63,602 nt of DNA, filler included, from Globobulimina sp. (GCA_003354225.1; 38 parts of 38 records of this genome joined end to end with filler, not necessarily neighbours in it), one strand, 5' to 3'; numbered from the whole stretch's first letter, positions 10,069-22,576 are shown. Program-made: numbers and translations. The notes: generated by a model not told the origin, from the sequence alone.

Positions 10069-11646
10069 TTCAATGTAATTACGTGCTTATCGTGTTTTGC
10101 ATTGATTATTGTTTCTACGCAATTCGTTCGAATGAAAGTAGCCCAGAAAGAGAAATTACAAAATGCGATGTTAGCGTCCAAACAAAAAATGGAGACAAAA
10201 CTAGAAATGGCTGGTCTTACCATTGAGAATCAGGAAGAAGATGAAAATCGATGGATATTTCAGGATGAGGTCGATTTTCAAGCACTTATATCGACTCCCG
10301 ATGGTTTGTTGGCATTTCTTAGGTTTTTAGCTAAGGAATATCAACTTAACTATTTGGTGGTATGTCATATTTTGCGATTTTGCGTGCACTGTACAATATA
10401 AATCATATGACACAGTTTGCTATGGAAGTGACGCAATATAAATCCTATGTGATTCCAGAATTAATGAGAAGACACAAACACTTTGTACAGGAATTGGAGA
10501 GTTCAATGATAGAATTTCCATCCACGATGCCCGAATCCACCATAATATATCCCGGAAAAAATAAGCATACCTCAGAACGCAGACAGTTTATGGATTTATA
10601 CGAAAAATACATCGATGAAAATGCGGAATGGAGAATTAAAATATCATCAGAATTAACCAATGAAACGGTAGAACTATATCGACGATGTCAAATGCGAAGG
10701 ACTCAAGCAATCAGTATTTATAATCCCAAATCGCCGCGCAGTACAATGCTACAGCCACTACAACACATTGATGAGCAGCAGCCAATCACCCAAATTGCCA
10801 CTCTCAAAACCACGCCATTACGGAATTCAGGCGGTTCCCAATCAAAAGCGGAGGTTGGAAGGGTGGAGAAAAAAGACCTCAAAGCCATGGTGGAATCGCT
10901 GGATGGCGCTCTAAACGATGTCATCGATACACTTAAAAAAGCGTTTGCGAAGTACAAGGAAACGCAAGTTACGTTGGAAAACATTGTTTTTCGTACAATA
11001 TAATGAATGTATTTGTATATACCTCAGGAGTTTTCGTCGTGGTTTGCTAATTTGTATCCCAGTGACCGAGGGGTAATAACTCGGATGTGGCGGATCCGGC
11101 AAATAGCGCATGAGACTGTGATTAAACGCGATAATATGACGGATTGTAAGACGTGGACCTGCAAACATTGCACCTTGGTCAATAGAGCAATATACGTGGA
11201 TAATCGGGTGAGATTACCCAAATCCATATGTATGTGCTGCGGACATAAGAATAATGAAATCGGTGTGTTGGTGCGTACACAGACATTAATGCCCAATGTA
11301 TTTCGCCATTTGACGCACAGTCGAATGAGTTCCTTGTTTGCAGCGGAGAAACATACAAAAAAATCCATGACTGGTTCTGGGCTGTTGGGCATTGCCAATG
11401 ATACGATGCATTCGTCCATGGATTCATTTGATACAGAATTTAAAGATGAAATGCATGAAATTATACGATGTGACGGTATGGATGCTTTAATGGAAGTAGA
11501 TTTGGACGAGAATATTGTGAAGGAATGGGCTAAAATCAGATTAGAAATTATGCAGAATGAGGATGATAATACTTGTGACGGTGCAGACTGTGATTATATT
11601 GATTCATGTACACAAGTACAGAAATTGCACTTTGTGATGAAATGTT
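10069..11646 (+). CDS. TM-RGS domain protein with RanBP2-type zinc finger; introns 10360-10415 and 10968-11027
   Basis: TM helix, then FQALISTPDGLLAFLRFLAKEY|FAMEVTQYK...LYEKYIDENAEWRIKIS (RGS), then WTCKHCTLVN...CMCC. Both GT-AG introns join three ORFs in frame. Confidence 0.8.
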
Positions 11647-11746
11647 NNNNNNNNNNNNNNNNNNNNNNNNNNNNNNNNNNNNNNNNNNNNTTAATTAATT
11701 AANNNNNNNNNNNNNNNNNNNNNNNNNNNNNNNNNNNNNNNNNNNN

Positions 11747-11965
11747 AGCAATGATGGCATCCATTGGAATATCATCAAACATCATAAGAATGATACTACA
11801 CTAAACAAAGCAAAACAATCACATACATGGATAATTAGTGATTGTATTGTATCATATCAAATGTTTAAAATCCAAATGACTGCAACAAATTCATCTGGTA
11901 ATTGGTTTCTATGTGGTCAGGCTTTTGAAATATATGGCCATCTAAGTGGCACACTGAATAAATGA
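11747..11965 (+). CDS. C-terminal galactose-binding-like (F5/8 type C-like) domain fragment
   Basis: SNDGIHWNIIKHHKND...FKIQMT...FEIYG ending in TGA. Confidence 0.6.
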   Translation, partial: SNDGIHWNIIKHHKNDTTLNKAKQSHTWIISDCIVSYQMFKIQMTATNSSGNWFLCGQAFEIYGHLSGTLNK

Positions 11966-12054
11966 ACCAAAAGTGTTTTCAACTTATACACAAACTCGCA
12001 CCCTGATATGAGGGCGTTGCGTTTTTCATTCCCAAATAAAACTTACTTCAAACT

Positions 12055-13169
12055 ATGCAATTCGTGTTGTTTTTCGTTCATTTTGGATCGGGAATATTTT
12101 GTTTCCTTATTTCATTAATCTTGTGGTTTTACTATCTTGTACAGCCAGCAATCAATGCATCAGAATCTAGCCCTATTCGTTTGTTGGCAGTGACGACTGT
12201 TATTGTGTATTGTATTAATTGTTGGACATTGACATATCGAATAAAACTTCTTGACTCAGAGCAACAGCCATCAACACGCATACAATGGAATATAGCATAT
12301 ATAACATTCGGGGTTTGGAGATTAGCGCAATCATTAACATATATTATCTTCATTTTAAGGTTAAAACAAACTTTCAAAGGCACAAAATATTCGTCATATG
12401 CATGTACTTATAATTTATTGTATGTAACAAGCATTTTATTCGCAGTTCCTGAGCTTGTCAAAGATATAATATACCAATGCTTTGCGCCATCATTGGCCGT
12501 AAAAGATTTAGTAATTGTCTGCGAATTCATTATATCCGCTATTATTGATTTAGTTCTATCCGTTGCGTTGTTATATTTATTCTTAAGAAAATTATACTCT
12601 TTGAACTTAGATATTGCTTATTTACACCGTGCAAAACTGAATACCCATAATTTAGAAAAATATATGAAAATAAATCATATCATTGCCAAAATATCACTGT
12701 TGACCCTTTGGAGTGTGACATCCACTCAGATATTAATGGCGTTATTTTGTCTCGTATTTATGTGGCATTATGATAAAGGAAACTCAATGTTGGTGATTGC
12801 ATATATTTGGAACATTGTATGGTCATTGGATTGTTGCATTAAGTAATATTTTCCCATCAAAACGCAAACATCACAACATGTACAAAACTGAAGAAACTAA
12901 AGGAAATTTAAAACGAAATGTCTGTGTTTTGATGGGAAAATATTACTTATAATAGTTGTGTTTGTATATTCTGGAGTTTTGATTTTGCAGTATCATGGTA
13001 TTTCTGCTTTTGTAGAAAATGTCATAAGCGGTGTGTTCGCTGTTGCACAGAAAGAGGAATCTATGATATTGAGCGATTATTGTCATATTCAGCACTAAAC
13101 AAACAAACAGCAAGTTCTATAAACGATTCATATCGCGCTCAAGTATTGATAGGCGATCTAATAAAATAA
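12055..13169 (+). CDS. Orphan 7TM protein; exon 1 12055-12842, exon 2 12956-13169
   Basis: Splicing gives DCCIN-CVCIFWSFDFAVSWYFCFCRKCH, which aligns without gaps to the paralog motif at 7927-8289. Confidence 0.8.
12843..12955 (+). mobile_element. TIR-bounded intron (introner-like MITE), copy 1
   Basis: 29-bp TIRs at 12843-12871 and 12918-12946 (27/29 match). The GT donor is the first 2 nt of the TIR; the intron ends in AG 9 nt after the right TIR. Confidence 0.8.
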
Positions 13170-13498
13170 TGTCTTAAATCACGTACTAATATTTGTTTTT
13201 TGTTTTTGTATAGTTTAGTTTAGCCCAAACATCTCCGTAAGCTGCATCATACCATCAAGCCACCTCTCCGTAAGCTGGTGCGAGTCAATATATTCTGGCA
13301 ATCCCACATAACCTTTTGAATGTNNNNNNNNNNNNNNNNNNNNNNNNNNNNNNNNNNNNNNNNNNNNTTAATTAATTAANNNNNNNNNNNNNNNNNNNNN
13401 NNNNNNNNNNNNNNNNNNNNNNNAGTTCTTTACATTCCTTTTTATATCGCTTGATATCAATTTTTGATTGCAACAATTGTTCATGTAATGAGACAATA

Positions 13499-15000
13499 TC
13501 ATCTCTCCAATCCTGTTGTGACTATTTTGTATACAAAACATATGGAAATATATATGATTCTAACCTGTGTTTCTAAATTTTGACTCTTTTGCAATGATGT
13601 AATTGTATGTTGCAATGATTTTATTTTAATTTGTGCATCAAAGTCAATGTCGATTGTGTCTGTTTGCATGCAGTGATCCTGGACATTACGTCTTCGTTTT
13701 TCTGCAAACTTATACGTATTTAAAGTGGTACGAATGCTGAGCAGTTCTTGTTCGATTTCCACATATTTTGTCTTTTCATCTGCAATATGTTGTTGTAAGC
13801 GTTGATGTGCAACTTGCAATCCTTGATATTCTCCATCAAATATATCAATATTTTGAATCACATTCATCAATAAATGATTAATTTGATCAGAACAGGCACC
13901 GATTTTAATATGTTGCAATTTACATAAATCCTCAATCTTTTTTAGTTTCAATGTGCTGCGTTGCGACGACTTTCCAAATGACACACTGCAGACAGATTTA
14001 ATTTTATTTATGTATTCATTCAGTTCACGTACGAGATAATGCAGTTTTTTCTTAGACTGCGCCATTTCTAATCGATCTCGTTGTTTTTTATTATTATCAG
14101 TGGACATATCCGTCATTTCATATTCCCTCAATTTCTTATTTTCTTGTTTCAAATTATTTATTTCATTTTGCAAACCCGCCACATCCGATGCATTACCAGT
14201 AATTAGCTGTACTTTCTGCGGTTTGTACGGCACCTTTGTACCAAATGCATTATGATAATAAATATCAATTTTGTCCACCAATTCCTGTAACGGTTTTATG
14301 TCATAAACAACGGTAATCTTCGTTTGTTCGATGGATAATTTCTTTTTTAAATATCGAATTTCAGCGTCTTTGCTCGCAATTTGCAATATTAACTCATCGA
14401 TTTTGCGGTCATTTTTCGTGATATCAATCACTTGTCCTTTGATGTTGGCTGCTTTCTTCATATTTAAATATTGTTTTAATTCATTTATTCTCTTCTCCCG
14501 CGATGAGATAGTTTCTTGTAATTCAATTTCAGATTGCGATGAAACTCGCAATTTTATCATTGCATTGGACTGAGCTCGTCGCGATTTGGTCAATTCCTTA
14601 CACAATGTAGCTACAATTAATTTGGTCGATGGTGTCTGCGAAGTTTCGTCATTATTCATACTGAATAATTTTATCGTATCCTGCAGATGTTCAATGACAA
14701 ACTTGTGCGATTCCATTTCCTTTTCATTGTCAGATAGCTCATATTCTAACTGCGTGACCTTTGTGCGTAAGGTTTGTAAATGAATATTGGAGCGCGAGAT
14801 TTCCTGCGTCTGTGCTTCAACGGTTTGTTTCAATTGATTTAAATCCAACGAATCCGTCCAAGGACGCACTTTTTGGCAAACTTGTTCCATTTCGATCTGG
14901 ATTTGCTGAATTTTGTGTTGATGCTGTTGCTGATTATTCGCAATTTCGCTGTTATGACTTTGAATTAATATTTCTCGCTATTTGCCTCTTTGTGGCCGCA
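13499..15000 (-). CDS. Long coiled-coil protein, internal fragment
   Basis: 463+ aa heptad-rich ORF; probable intron donor near 13565. Confidence 0.7.
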
Positions 15001-15911
15001 NNNNNNNNNNNNNNNNNNNNNNNNNNNNNNNNNNNNNNNNNNNNTTAATTAATTAANNNNNNNNNNNNNNNNNNNNNNNNNNNNNNNNNNNNNNNNNNNN
15101 GTATCAAGCCTCGCCGGCAGCCAGCCGCGCACACACACAAAGTCTGGAGGTCCAGGGGGATAAGCAAGTACCCCCCCTCCCTTGAACACGAATGCTATGA
15201 CCTCGACTGCGTAACTTTTTGTGTGTACTTGGGAGGAGATGAGAATTATGAGACATTACAGTCGCCATTTAGGATTTGAGAATTTTAGGAACAGCAGGAA
15301 GAGATTACGTGTGAAGCAGTGTTTTTATTTCAACATTTTAAGCTAGTCAAAACTAGATATTAGTGTTACTAATCCAAACCAAACTAGTCCAAAATCTCAT
15401 ATGAGTCCACATTCATTAGCATATTCCAGTCAAACTATACAAAACAACACGAGATTGATAATAAATTCAAGTGGTGGATACTGGAGAGTTGAGAATTAGA
15501 AACAAAAGAAACAGCGAGCACAGGATTATCATAAGTTCATAACCAATCTAGAACTTTTCATAATTACGATCTTTTCAGGTATACAAAAAAAAACAGAGTT
15601 TAATAAAAAACAGAGTTAAAGCAATGAAATGTATACAATCCAATGGACTGGAATATACGTTTAGTTTATACACAATATCATATATCATTATGTTCAAAAG
15701 CCAGTGTCGTTAAACCTTGATCGTACCCACACAGTAAACAATATAGCGAGTCCAGTTGCAAATATACTTTTGAAATAACCCCATTCCACTTAGAAAACAA
15801 TAAAACAAAACACATTATAAAACTCTTTTACATGTACACAATAGTGACAGTACACTGCTTTTACAAATATATATATATATCAGTTTTATAATGTGTTTTA
15901 TATTATATATA

Positions 15912-16514
15912 TTATCTACACTCACTTCGCAAACCGATTATCCGCAAACCCAACGGATACTGTCTTAATTCTTTCGAAAATCTTTCTATTTTTATATTAT
16001 CCATCATTTGTTTCAATATCATTGTCTGTAACTGCAAGGAATCCATATTTGCTTCATTCCCATCAATCGCGTCACTCCTTGCAATTGCTATATTTTCCTC
16101 ATTATTCTCTTCCTGCTCTTGATAATCAGCAGGAACATCAGCAGAGGAAACGCGATGAGGTAACACTAAAATACTGCTATTATTCATACTGTCATATCCA
16201 TGATGGATCATATGCATTGCAGTCATCCCTGCATTTTGCGAAGGTACTGGTTGATAGGAAGCAAGTCTTTGTCTATTCTCATTTTGCTCCGTTCCATTCT
16301 CCGCATTGGCAGTTTTAACATTCTGTTTAATTATTTCCTCATCCTGCCATCCCACATATTGTTGCAGCGTCATTGGTATTTTATGGAACTCAGTGTTCAA
16401 TCTCGCGATGGGATACACCAACGCCATAATCCTTATGATGCTTAAACCCGCGACAAAGGATATTTGTATTGGATTGGTATTGCACCAGGTCCATAATTTC
16501 GGTTTATCCGTCAT
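15912..16514 (-). CDS. Hypothetical membrane protein fragment
   Basis: 200-aa ORF with one TM segment and an acidic/polar tail. Confidence 0.4.
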   Translation of the reverse strand: MTDKPKLWTWCNTNPIQISFVAGLSIIRIMALVYPIARLNTEFHKIPMTLQQYVGWQDEEIIKQNVKTANAENGTEQNENRQRLASYQPVPSQNAGMTAMHMIHHGYDSMNNSSILVLPHRVSSADVPADYQEQEENNEENIAIARSDAIDGNEANMDSLQLQTMILKQMMDNIKIERFSKELRQYPLGLRIIGLRSECR

Positions 16515-16778
16515 CCAAATATTATTCTTATCTCCCGATTAGCGGTCCAACCAAATCCGTTAGAATCAGATAATTCTCAACGATTTCATTGTATATGAGT
16601 TTTCGGGACGGACAGGTTCTCTTCTCACCTCTTCAGTATACAGCTTGGATTAGAGAAAACAACCGGAAACGGGAGGANNNNNNNNNNNNNNNNNNNNNNN
16701 NNNNNNNNNNNNNNNNNNNNNTTAATTAATTAANNNNNNNNNNNNNNNNNNNNNNNNNNNNNNNNNNNNNNNNNNNNC

Positions 16779-17864
16779 ATAACCCAAGAACTATCACATT
16801 GGAAAGGTTATAATCCAAACAAAAGAAAACCCAAAAATGCTGTGCTCTGCCAAACCTTTCGAGATTATTTCCAGAATGCAAAGCATTGGTACGATGTAAA
16901 AAAAATCAAGACAATAACCAATCAATTCTTCATTCCCATTATTAACATAATCCATAAGGTTGTTTGTCTGTATATGTATACAAAAAAACTGAATTTAAAC
17001 ATGTACACAAAATAACATGTACAGTTTACACAAAAAGCAGCAACGGAATTCTTCTGTAATCGCTTATTTCGTCATCAAACATTGTACAGCAAATATTTAT
17101 ATGCTTTGGTATGCTGTGTGTTGCTCGAATACTGCCTGATCGATTATATATTTTTATATACACAGATATTGAAAGGATTATTGGAGGGAATGATGCAAAT
17201 TCCAAACACAAGACCGTTATATTTAATTCCCGCGCAATGTTATTCATTTTTTACAGTGGGAAATGACACCAATTTAAAAGTTAAAACCCCTTTACATAAA
17301 TGGCGTGAATTGACCCACTGCATGTTTTTATGTAATATAATTCTATGAACAGGTTAGCGACAATAAAACCCGCCGCGATTGTAATCACAACCAAAAACGC
17401 ACCGTCATCCGTGCCCAAACCGTACAATTAGTAAATGCGCAATATACAATTTGTAAAAAAGAATTTGAAGAAACATTATTGCAGTTACATTATGAAGTGG
17501 ATAATTACCATTTTAGCAATGCAAATGCTTCAGATAATGTATATTATAATAATTACAATAATAGCAATAATTATTGTAACAACACAAATTGTAATTGTTT
17601 GCCAGGTTTGATCCATTAAAATCTGTATATTAATGTCAATATTAATATTACTATGCAGCATATAGTCCGATTCCGATGCCTATGCATATGGCTTATACCA
17701 ACCATAAAGGGAGTAATGTCCGCGTCAAAGACAAACGTCACAGTCCATTATTACCGTATAATTCTAATATACCATCAGCTGTATATCCTGGTTTAGCAAC
17801 ACCTGTTAGTTTGCCTACTTTACCTAGTTATGCACCAGCTGCTGATTGTGATTTTAATGGCTAA
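16779..17864 (+). CDS. Hypothetical protein, 5'-partial, five exons
   Basis: Four short GT-AG introns (near 16959, 17109, 17280, 17605) join exons into one frame ending ...ADCDFNG*. Confidence 0.6.
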
Positions 17865-18454
17865 TTATCTGTGTTTCCGAAAGAGTTATAACAACACCGT
17901 GTAAAATATGGGTGATATTTCATCGATCATCAACACTACGTAGTAATAATTTGGATTGTTTTAATTCTTTTTGTTTAATTAAACTATATTTTTATTTCAC
18001 ACACATTGCTCCAACTAGTTCGTATTCAAAATCTAAATCAAACAATTACAGATCGAACATGTAAAAAAAAATACAAACAACAATTGGTTCATTTTTTATT
18101 AGGTTGGCAAATTTTGTACACAATAAATAGAACACTTTTGATGAAAGGTCCTCATGCTCTTTTTTCATAAAAAATAATAAAATTAACGGAATAATCTATG
18201 GCATTAACAAAATCACGCAAACCTAGTGGGGTAAAAGTAACGTTTTTTGGCTTAGTTTCGTTTCGTTTCATTTCAACGATTAGCAAAGTTTTTGGGTTAG
18301 CTAGAGTGGTTTTGAACTAGTATTCGAAGTTGACCTAGGTCATGGAATACTAGGNNNNNNNNNNNNNNNNNNNNNNNNNNNNNNNNNNNNNNNNNNNNTT
18401 AATTAATTAANNNNNNNNNNNNNNNNNNNNNNNNNNNNNNNNNNNNNNNNNNNN

Positions 18455-18764
18455 GCATAATAAATATTTAAATTGTTTATACGAAGAAATACCAAAATCA
18501 AGCATAGTTTCTGGAAATGATAATGTTTTGTATATTGATGAAATGGATAGAATTAAAAATGTTGCACATTTATTGTATGAAAAATACATTAAATACGATT
18601 CTGAATTTGAAGTGAATATAGCTGCGAAATTAAGGCTAAAATATATTGAATTGGATGAAGGGAATTGGGATATAGAGGTGACAGAGTTTGTGAGTGTGTT
18701 CGATGCAGTGTTGAAGGAAATGTTTGGTTTTATGAAGAATTCATTTACAAGATACTATCAGTAA
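18455..18764 (+). CDS. RGS domain, C-terminal fragment
   Basis: LYEKYIKYDSEFEVNIA...VFDAVLKEMFGFMKNSFTRY. Confidence 0.8.
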
Positions 18765-18982
18765 TAATTATAATTATTCATTATATGATGTGTTGTGCTG
18801 GAATGATCGATTAATATTATCACTAATATTAAGTGATCTTGTTTAATTTTATTTTAATTGGAAACCTTTTTCTCAGTTCCGAATTTATGCAAAATATTCA
18901 AACGTTTCTAGAATATTTACACAAACCCGCCCCACTAAGATTAAAAAATCAGTTGAAAACATTCCTGTAATTATTATTCAGA

Positions 18983-20031
18983 ATGGGAAATGAAGCCTGT
19001 AATGAATCACCATCAAAACCGAATAATAATAGTCCAAGCCCCATTTTGATTGGTTTAGAAGCAGAACCAGTGCCATCGCCTCACACAATCTGCGATAACA
19101 ACAACAATTATATGGCTCACCAATATGGTAAACATCAACAGAAACATCGTGCGACCATCACGCATCTGCGACAATACCGCAATCGCAATCGACCGCATGA
19201 AGCCAGATTAAGTTCAAGATTGTCATCCAAACTAAGTGTAACAAGTCCATCCCTTCCAGATACACCAGATTCAGCATTATCATCTTTTACATGCAGCCCA
19301 ACAATATTCGAATCAAAACATAGTAGAAGGCATAGTTCATTCTCCCACGTTTATAATGGCATCACCGGCAGCCACATCAGCAGCAGAATCAGCAAAATAG
19401 CTGCAAAATTCTGGCAACATAACATAGCGACTTTGCAAATGGAAAAACAATTAGTATGTACGCCTATATCTGTATATGCATTGGCACAATACGCAAATAT
19501 ATAAAAATAGGAAATTGCGCATGCGATATGTTTCGGAGCGTTGTCAGACAACACAGAAATGGGAGGAATTATGAAGAGTCATCTAACAAACAGCAATAAA
19601 AAAAGTGAAGCGATGAGTTATAAATTCCTAGATATGATTGGATGGTTACTTCGGTATCTAATTAGAGATGATATTGATTTATATTCTATGCTAACTAAAT
19701 TGGGTATATTTCATCAGAAAATTGGTGTTAAAATCAGTCATTTTGGTATGTTGCTTGAATCAATGCATGCAGCGTTTGCTCATTTTTTCCCTCAAACATT
19801 TACCATTGAAGTTAGGTATCTTAGTCTCTATATTTTATATTTTATGACAGCAAAATGATGCTTTTCAAAGGTCAAATATGCACTGGATGAGATATTCAGC
19901 CTCGCGGCACAGATTATGACTGGCCAAGATTTAAAAGGTTCGCCCTTTTTAGACGATATCACGAAAACGTTTGAAAATGAAAATGATATTAAGTTCCTCG
20001 GCAATGTGGACGTTTGCGTAAAATCAAAACC
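18983..20031 (+). CDS. Globin-domain protein with Ser/Pro-rich N-terminus; introns 19454-19510 and 19811-19870; 3'-partial
   Basis: Spliced product contains KFLDMIGWLL...LTKLGIFHQKIGVKISHFGMLLESMH...FTIE|VKYALDEIFSLAAQIM (globin E-H helices, proximal His). Confidence 0.75.
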
Positions 20032-20131
20032 NNNNNNNNNNNNNNNNNNNNNNNNNNNNNNNNNNNNNNNNNNNNTTAATTAATTAANNNNNNNNNNNNN
20101 NNNNNNNNNNNNNNNNNNNNNNNNNNNNNNN

Positions 20132-21436
20132 TATTTAGTATTATATAAAAATCCGCCAACAGAAAATGCCATACAAGAAAGGAAAACGTCGAATTTAAAT
20201 GGTGACAATGCCGTATTTGTACCATCAAATTTAGATAGAAAATATTTGAAAAACATCCAAATTACATACATAAATCGTAAATTGGCCGCATTATTTGGGA
20301 TGAACAATGCAGACAAATATATTTTGGATCTCTGCTCAAATGATGCATTAAACAAATATCCAAAAGCATCATTTTATTCGGGAAGCACTCCGCAAAAAAG
20401 AGGAGGTGCTGCATATGTTGGTACTATGGGGGATGGCCGAGTTATTACAATTGGTCAAATATATGACACTGAAAATAATATTTGGGAGTTACAAATGAAA
20501 GGATTTGGCAAAACAAGCATAGCCAAAGAAATGTTTAAACACAAAGACGGAAAATTATCATTGAATGAGTATACCAAAGAGCTGCAATGTTGGAATGAAT
20601 TGAAGACATTAAATATTCCAACTTATCAGATATTAGCTGCAGTTACATTGAATGGCACAGTTCAAAGAAAAGACAAAAGAAAGCGAAAAAAGCTAAATAA
20701 ACAAGCAATGATTGGAATAATTCGTTGTGCAAAATGTTGGTTTAGAGTGGGACATTTTGAATATTTATATTATTCTGATAAGTCTAATAAAAGTACAATG
20801 CTTTGGATTATACGCTATATAAATGATGAAATATTGAGTGGAAATGTTGAGGAGAATGATATGTTGAATATTTATGATAATATATTTACAAAATCAGGAT
20901 ACGATTATTCGCAAAGATTGCAAGAATGGATGAAACAGAGAGTGTTTTTAAAGAAAGGTGAGATTGAAATAGATGATGGAAACAATGGTGAAAATGATGA
21001 ATTGGTAGACACATTTTTGTATAATGTATTAAAACGGAATGCTTTTATGATGGCAACATGGATGATTCATGGTTTTGTGCATGGTATGATGAGATCGGAT
21101 AATATCCATATTTTGGGTATAACATTTGATTTGGGATCGTATCATCTATTAAAAGGTATTGGTGATATCGATCGCGATAATAAGTTATTTGCAGAATTGA
21201 AAGAATTTCAACCCGGAAATGTTGAGATGTATCAATATCAATATCAGGCCGAGTGTTTAGCGAATTCAATGAAGAGATTAGCAATTTGTTGTTCTTCATT
21301 GGTAAAAGATATAAGTGTTCTACAAGGAACATTGTATAAATACTGGATCATGTTTTGGTATTTTACTACCTCTAGGGCTTTTGTAAGCTCAAGTTCGTTA
21401 GAAGTAAAACAGTTTTACTGGCGTTTTTTTTGGTAA
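20132..21436 (+). CDS. SelO/YdiU family protein adenylyltransferase-like, divergent, partial
   Basis: MGDGRVI, WELQMKGFGKT, LNIPT, WFRVGHFE, WMIHGFVHGMMRSDN, TFDLG. Confidence 0.85.
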   Translation, partial: YLVLYKNPPTENAIQERKTSNLNGDNAVFVPSNLDRKYLKNIQITYINRKLAALFGMNNADKYILDLCSNDALNKYPKASFYSGSTPQKRGGAAYVGTMGDGRVITIGQIYDTENNIWELQMKGFGKTSIAKEMFKHKDGKLSLNEYTKELQCWNELKTLNIPTYQILAAVTLNGTVQRKDKRKRKKLNKQAMIGIIRCAKCWFRVGHFEYLYYSDKSNKSTMLWIIRYINDEILSGNVEENDMLNIYDNIFTKSGYDYSQRLQEWMKQRVFLKKGEIEIDDGNNGENDELVDTFLYNVLKRNAFMMATWMIHGFVHGMMRSDNIHILGITFDLGSYHLLKGIGDIDRDNKLFAELKEFQPGNVEMYQYQYQAECLANSMKRLAICCSSLVKDISVLQGTLYKYWIMFWYFTTSRAFVSSSSLEVKQFYWRFFW

Positions 21437-22449
21437 AGATAATAATACAGAGAAACGGCAACTCCTTACTCAATAATAGTTTTTAACCTACAAATCACAT
21501 AATGGGTACTTGTTGCAGTTGCTGGGTGATTGCGTGCCGTGCCACATCAGAGTTTTCTACTATAATATTTTGTATTTGTTAATTAACCAATTTTGTGCAG
21601 CACTGTCTTTGATTATAAATTGCTTTGATTGTAATAATTTTTCAAATTGAGTTATATTTATTTGATTGTGTTGATTGTTCATGTTCGAATTCTGGATCAT
21701 TCCAATGGNNNNNNNNNNNNNNNNNNNNNNNNNNNNNNNNNNNNNNNNNNNNTTAATTAATTAANNNNNNNNNNNNNNNNNNNNNNNNNNNNNNNNNNNN
21801 NNNNNNNNCGTATCCAGTGCGCAAACAATTGAGATCACCAAAAAAAATGAGAAATAAATTGAAAAATATATTAATGTTAATTTTAATGAAGTATCCATTT
21901 TAATGAGGATAGTATCAGTATTAGTATAGGAAGTAGTACAGGTTCACGAGTTAGACTTGAAAAACTAACCTGTTTTTGTGTTTATGAAATGTTTTCAGGA
22001 TTGGAAAGGAAATTTCAAGGCGGAGAAAAAAAGTTCACAATAATAAATACATTGAACCAAATACTAAAAACATACCGAAAATTCAATTAATTATAAATTT
22101 GTTCTGACTTTGTTCTGGATTTGCAAACTCAAGACAAAGTTATAACAAACCCAGAACAAACACAAGACGAACCTATAGCAAACCGTTTCTGGATCTGAAA
22201 AGCGTTTCTCAGATAATTGAATAAAATGTATACAACTTATCGACCAGGGGGGAGGGTTATCTTTTGGAATATATCGTTCAGTTAGAAATGTATGATTTTT
22301 GGCTTAACAATTTTTGGCTTACAAGCTAGGCAATCGCACATCCACATTTACTTTCTTCAATTGTTGTGTCTGTTGTTGTATCGAATGGAAGAACTTTCGT
22401 CTCTACAAACGAAAGATGTCAATTTACATTCAGTAATAATAACATTAAA

Positions 22450-22576
22450 GTAATGTAATATTTCCAGTCAAAACACGAACAAAATATCGATTCAAAAAAA
22501 AACAGAACAAAAAACAAATACAGTATCGAACAATCGAACATAGTTCGTGTTTTGATTGGAAATATTACTCATTAAG
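22450..22576 (+). mobile_element. TIR-bounded intron (introner-like MITE), copy 2
   Basis: 26-bp TIRs at 22455-22480 and 22543-22568 (25/26 match), homologous to copy 1. GT..AG removal joins MEELSS...ITL-N-DLKDDIIKK in frame. Confidence 0.7.

Noticed and set aside
8391-20031. NRT2, globin and other genes as a denitrification cluster
   Set aside because: They lie on separate contigs; adjacency in the window is artificial.
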